A program made the translations under genes and the position numbers. 64,000 nucleotides of DNA from Enoplolaimus lenunculus (Eukaryota): NCBI GenBank assembly GCA_030248215.1, contig JASANG010002570.1, positions 186,001-250,000 of the forward strand, written 5' to 3'. The notes beneath the pieces are model-generated. The model was not told the DNA's origin. It made no database searches and saw only the letters and a program-made list of their open reading frames with translations. Below, in pieces: positions 61,501-64,000 of this stretch (the stretch's first letter is position 1; every line of letters begins with the position of its first letter).

Positions 61501-63844
61501 ATGCCGATCAATGAATCCTTTGATCAGCCACAGTGTGAAACGAAAAGGTCTTCTAGAAATATATTTCGAATATAGTCACAACATTTTCAATTCTATTTTG
61601 AGCGTGTAGGTCGCACGCTTTGTGGTTGAAAGACATTCAAACGTTTCAGGGTTTGCAAGGATACAAAGGCGAAAAAGGACTTCCTGGAAAGCAAGGCCCG
61701 CCTGGACCAACGGTGAGTATTGATACTTTGATCGCTTGTACATTTCCTTTCCCCATAGGCTAAGGCTTACAATCACGGTTAAGCTTTGAATTATAGGCTT
61801 AGGCTGATGCGTAGATTTAGGAAAAGGCGTATGTATTAAACCTACTAAACCAAATCCTAAACCTTTCTTTAAGCGTTTACCACAACTTAAACCTAAACTT
61901 TAATGGGGGGAGTGTACAAGAGTCATACTGTAGTGACCCGAATAAGAGAGGGGACTGATATTTATTAGCCTCTCCAGAGGGTACCCGTGTTATTCGGTTA
62001 CGGATTGTTATTTATTTTTAACCCACTTTTAGTTACTGGTGTATATTCAGTATTGCAACTATCCGTTGAATTAAACGTTTATTTGTCTTGTATTAAAACC
62101 TTGAGCGATAATTCAAGGTTATACTTAAGAATGTATTTTCAAAACTAAGTATGTTTCAAAGTTTCGAGCTCAACTTTATTTGGTCCTGGAATCATTTATG
62201 CGCTACAATTAGGGATAATTGATATTTATGGGCTTTAATTATGATTTAGGAACTCTATCCAATTACGCACTCTTATTAGGGATACGGACTTCTATTGATT
62301 GGGACTCAAAATGGGGACCCCCATTTAGTACACCCCTCTTATTCGGGTCACTACAATAAACTGCAATCGTTTTGTCATATCAATATTTTGAAAGCACACG
62401 ACTTGTATATTTGTTAAATTAAAAAATTGATGAATTTTCAACCGTCGCTTTAGTTTTACTGGTTTGAACTGTCAAATATAAAATTAAACCAGAACTCATG
62501 ACATTGATATTGGTTTCTGGCTGGCTGTTTTATAATTGTTGTATTTCAGGGACCTCCTGGCAAAGATGTAAGATTTTGATTTATAACCAACCTATACAAA
62601 AAACGTATCTTGAGCCAAGATTACTGCTGGTTTCAGCATTAAGTGCAAACTAAATATCAAGGAAGCGCTTTTAACAAGTCTTTTGAATATGGACCAATGT
62701 TACTTTAAGGGGCGTAACAGTAGATTATACGTCTTCCTAAGCCTAAGCCTAAGCCTAAGCCTAAGCCTAAGCCTAAGCCTAAGCCTAAGCCTAAGCCTAA
62801 ACCTAAGCCTAAGCCTAAGCAAAAAATGTAAAGGCCCACCAGAAACCTGGACGCCCCTTAAAGTAACATGGGCCACCTTTTGGGTCATAGAGATCAAACA
62901 TTTTTATGGGATCATATTATTTTCCCACTGAACCTAATTTGTGGCCACGCTCCTGGTTAACCTTACTTGATATATTTCACTAATTCACTGTTTTCAGGGC
63001 GAACCTGGGCCTCAGGGCACGCCTGGCATACCGGTAGACACTTTTTATTGAATTTAATTAGGCAAGCCAGCCGCTGAACTTAATGGTGTCAGTTAGAGCG
63101 TGTAGCCATAGAGTGACCAAGGCGGCTCTGCCCCTGGAAAAATTTTGCTTCCCCTAAAAAAGTTTAAACTTGTTTGTAAATCATTGCAAACCCGCGAATA
63201 CCCCTCCTAATTATTTTCCACCCCAAGCCCTCAGCAAGGTGGGCCGGCTACGGGCTTGAGTCAGTTTTTTTACCAAGAGTTGAAACTTGTTTGTAGTCAG
63301 GGTCCAGGTAAAAATTAGGGGCGGAACGTTTTTCTGTGGGACAAGAAATGAGTAAGCTTAAAGCTTTAGACTAATTTTTTGCTTGGCTAAGGCTTAGGCT
63401 TAGGCTTAAGAATATGCTCATTCTTACGCTAAGGCTTATGCTAAGGCTTTGGCTTAGGAATATGCTTACAATACTGTTCCGCCCCCGTTCTTTTTACAGT
63501 GGCCGAAGTCAGCAATGTGAATTGGTTCAACGTCAAAAATTTGTTGGATCGAATCGGATTGTTTCTGGATCAGGGCGATGAGTTACGTTTGTACCAGTCG
63601 TTCAAACAACAACTTTTTCACTGTTGGTATTTGTACCCATAAAGAAAAAACAGCTATTGTATATATAGACATATATAATATATAATATATATCTATATAT
63701 TGCAATTAATGCAGTGTGTGCCTTTGGCTAAATAGTAGCCCTTATTATGGCGCAATACCGTCATCTTCAACTGTGATGACTTTGAAATATTGAAAAATAC
63801 TCTTAAATTGATTATAGGGGCCAGATGGTAAACCTGGACAAAAT
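31508..63844 (+). CDS. Secreted collagen alpha chain with fibrillar-type exon organisation; continues beyond the window
   Basis: Signal-peptide exon 31508-31613 ([23 protein letters not shown]), exon 33367-33425, then Gly-X-Y exons: 34605-34631, 35461-35496, 37207-37251, 38044-38088, 39413-39472 (ends in linker QIRIPPPP), 39852-39905, 40820-40873, 42012-42065, 42865-42918, 43561-43614, 44574-44627, 45545-45598, 47136-47189, 47528-47581, 49186-49239, 49962-50006, 50959-51003, 52244-52297, 52598-52651, 53149-53208, 54326-54508, 57245-57289, 58498-58560, 59425-59460, 60468-60512, 61650-61712, 62550-62567, 62998-63033, 63818-63844. All AG/GT-bounded; the Gly-X-Y exons are phase 0 and mostly 54 or 45 bp. 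Tiny exons may have been missed. Confidence 0.88.
31797..32774. mobile_element. TIR element containing a ~20-bp minisatellite
   Basis: ATGCGGGGTTCACGTTATAA..CACGTTTTGTCAC is inverted at about 32725-32774; (TTTGAATTTCCCGCCAAAA)n at about 32136-32522. Confidence 0.75.
35099..35416. mobile_element. CACT(G/C)CAAAAA-terminated MITE (GAGTCAA-rich family), 2-bp TSD, CACTA/EnSpm-like termini
   Basis: TA|CACTCCAAAAATGG...CCATTTTTTGAAGTG|TA. Copies at 55891-56106, 60067-60281, about 60541-60750, 60901-61078 and about 48690-48875. Confidence 0.7.
36226..36597. repeat. Inverted arrays of a ~16-bp CGACAA(CT)CGT unit
   Basis: CCCGACAACTCGTCGA-like units in the left half and their reverse complements (TTGTCGGGGTCGAC) in the right half. 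Confidence 0.7.
37412..37620 (+). mobile_element. Telomeric-repeat MITE
   Basis: TSD AATCTGTG/ACTCTGTG; TIRs; GCCTAA core. Confidence 0.8.
37643..37889. repeat. AT-rich CAC...GTG-terminated dispersed element
   Basis: Reverse-oriented sister copy at about 44287-44533. Confidence 0.6.
39054..39358 (+). mobile_element. Telomeric-repeat MITE with internal 30-bp duplications
   Basis: TSD ATTTTTCC/ATTTTTCT; (GCCTAA)n plus a tandem 30-bp unit AAGCCTAAGCGCAAGGATGTGCCTATTCAT. Confidence 0.8.
44891..45340 (-). mobile_element. Telomeric-repeat MITE with a nested CACTGTAAA MITE (45030-45278)
   Basis: GGCCCATGTTAC / GTAACACTGGCC termini; the TTAGGC array is interrupted by the CACTG element. Confidence 0.75.
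47716..48690 (+). mobile_element. Possible LTR-retrotransposon remnant (5' LTR, primer-binding site, leader)
   Basis: 18-nt PBS-like TGGTGCGAGATTCAGGAT at 48174-48191 shortly after ...TATCA; base composition differs from the flanks; no gag/pol ORF. Boundaries approximate. Confidence 0.4.
50256..50505 (+). mobile_element. Telomeric-repeat MITE with perfect 8-bp TSD
   Basis: TSD GAATATTT on both sides. Confidence 0.85.
51114..51296 (-). mobile_element. Telomeric-repeat MITE with TTAGGT variant repeats
   Basis: TIRs present; imperfect TSD GTTTTTCC/GTTTTTAA. Confidence 0.7.
51328..51905 (+). repeat. 33-bp minisatellite (ACATCAAAGATTCTTCTTCCCACGTTTTTCTTT)n
   Basis: About 17 tandem units in a collagen intron. 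Confidence 0.92.
56307..56866 (+). mobile_element. Expanded telomeric-repeat MITE with higher-order repeat
   Basis: TIRs retained; the core is amplified as ~54-60-bp units of (GCCTAA)n(GCGTAA)nGAATGAGCCTATTCCTAA. Confidence 0.85.
57410..57480 (-). repeat. tRNA-derived head (SINE-like or pseudo-tRNA)
   Basis: Minus strand GTGGCGCAGTGGTA...GTTCGAGCC; related to the heads in 28769-29802; no clean cloverleaf. Confidence 0.55.
58141..58431 (+). mobile_element. Telomeric-repeat MITE with mixed GCCTAA/ACCTAA arrays
   Basis: GGCCAATGTTACTTTTAGGGGCGT / GTAACATGAGCC termini. Confidence 0.8.
61136..61341 (+). mobile_element. Telomeric-repeat MITE
   Basis: TSD CATGTTAC/CATGTGAC. Confidence 0.8.
61928..62356. 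mobile_element. TA-flanked MITE (Tc1/mariner-like)
   Basis: TA|CTGTAGTGACCCGAATAAGAG ... CTCTTATTCGGGTCACTACAA|TA. Relatives at about 53850-54283, 14514-14748, 11952-12110 and around the RTE (about 2986-6900). Confidence 0.75.
62692..62874 (+). mobile_element. Telomeric-repeat MITE with about 14 near-perfect GCCTAA units
   Basis: TIR ATGTTACTTTAAGGGGCGT / ACGCCCCTTAAAGTAACATG. Confidence 0.8.
63301..63504 (-). mobile_element. Telomeric-repeat MITE
   Basis: TSD GTAGTCAG/GAAGTCAG. Confidence 0.8.
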
Positions 63845-64000
63845 GTGAGTAAAACAATTAGATTTCATACTTATGCTCGCGTTTCAACTTGGCTTCAACT
63901 TCATTCATTTAAACATCATTTGTAAGGATAAAGTTTCAAGTGTGCGAAAATATAAACAACCCGTCTTATAGGAGAGTTGTGAATTTTGCTCGCAATCTGA

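Noticed and set aside
62735..62820. Chromosome end or true telomere
   Set aside because: The arrays are short, internal, occur in both orientations and are bounded by TIRs.

Overview
AT-rich, repeat-dense, intron-rich eukaryotic (invertebrate animal) genomic DNA. Abundant TTAGGC arrays hint at a nematode-like host, but the host is not established. Three spliced host genes were reconstructed by hand from GT-AG boundaries and phase matching. (1) The 3' part of a TBC1D16-like Rab-GAP (+, 8 exons, 84-13186). (2) Methionine synthase reductase MTRR (-, 9 exons, 16021-23632; start codon unresolved). (3) The 5' part of a secreted Gly-X-Y collagen with fibrillar-type, mostly 54/45-bp exons (+, 31 exons, 31508 to beyond 63844). 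A TBC1D16 intron holds an apparently intact RTE-clade non-LTR retrotransposon (about 3406-6802) whose single ORF has a PHD zinc finger inserted inside the AP-endonuclease domain; this is the most unusual item in the window. Introns are packed with non-autonomous elements: roughly 25-30 copies of an 8-bp-TSD MITE family carrying (TTAGGC)n arrays; TTAA-flanked MITEs with a tRNA-like Pol III promoter (one amplified into a 4 x 303-bp array); a TGT...ACA fold-back element with tRNA-like heads; CACTG-, hAT- and Tc1/mariner-type MITEs; a TIR element inside a (TAA)n tract; an LTR/PBS remnant; and several minisatellites. Superfamily names rest on termini and TSDs only; no database searches were possible.
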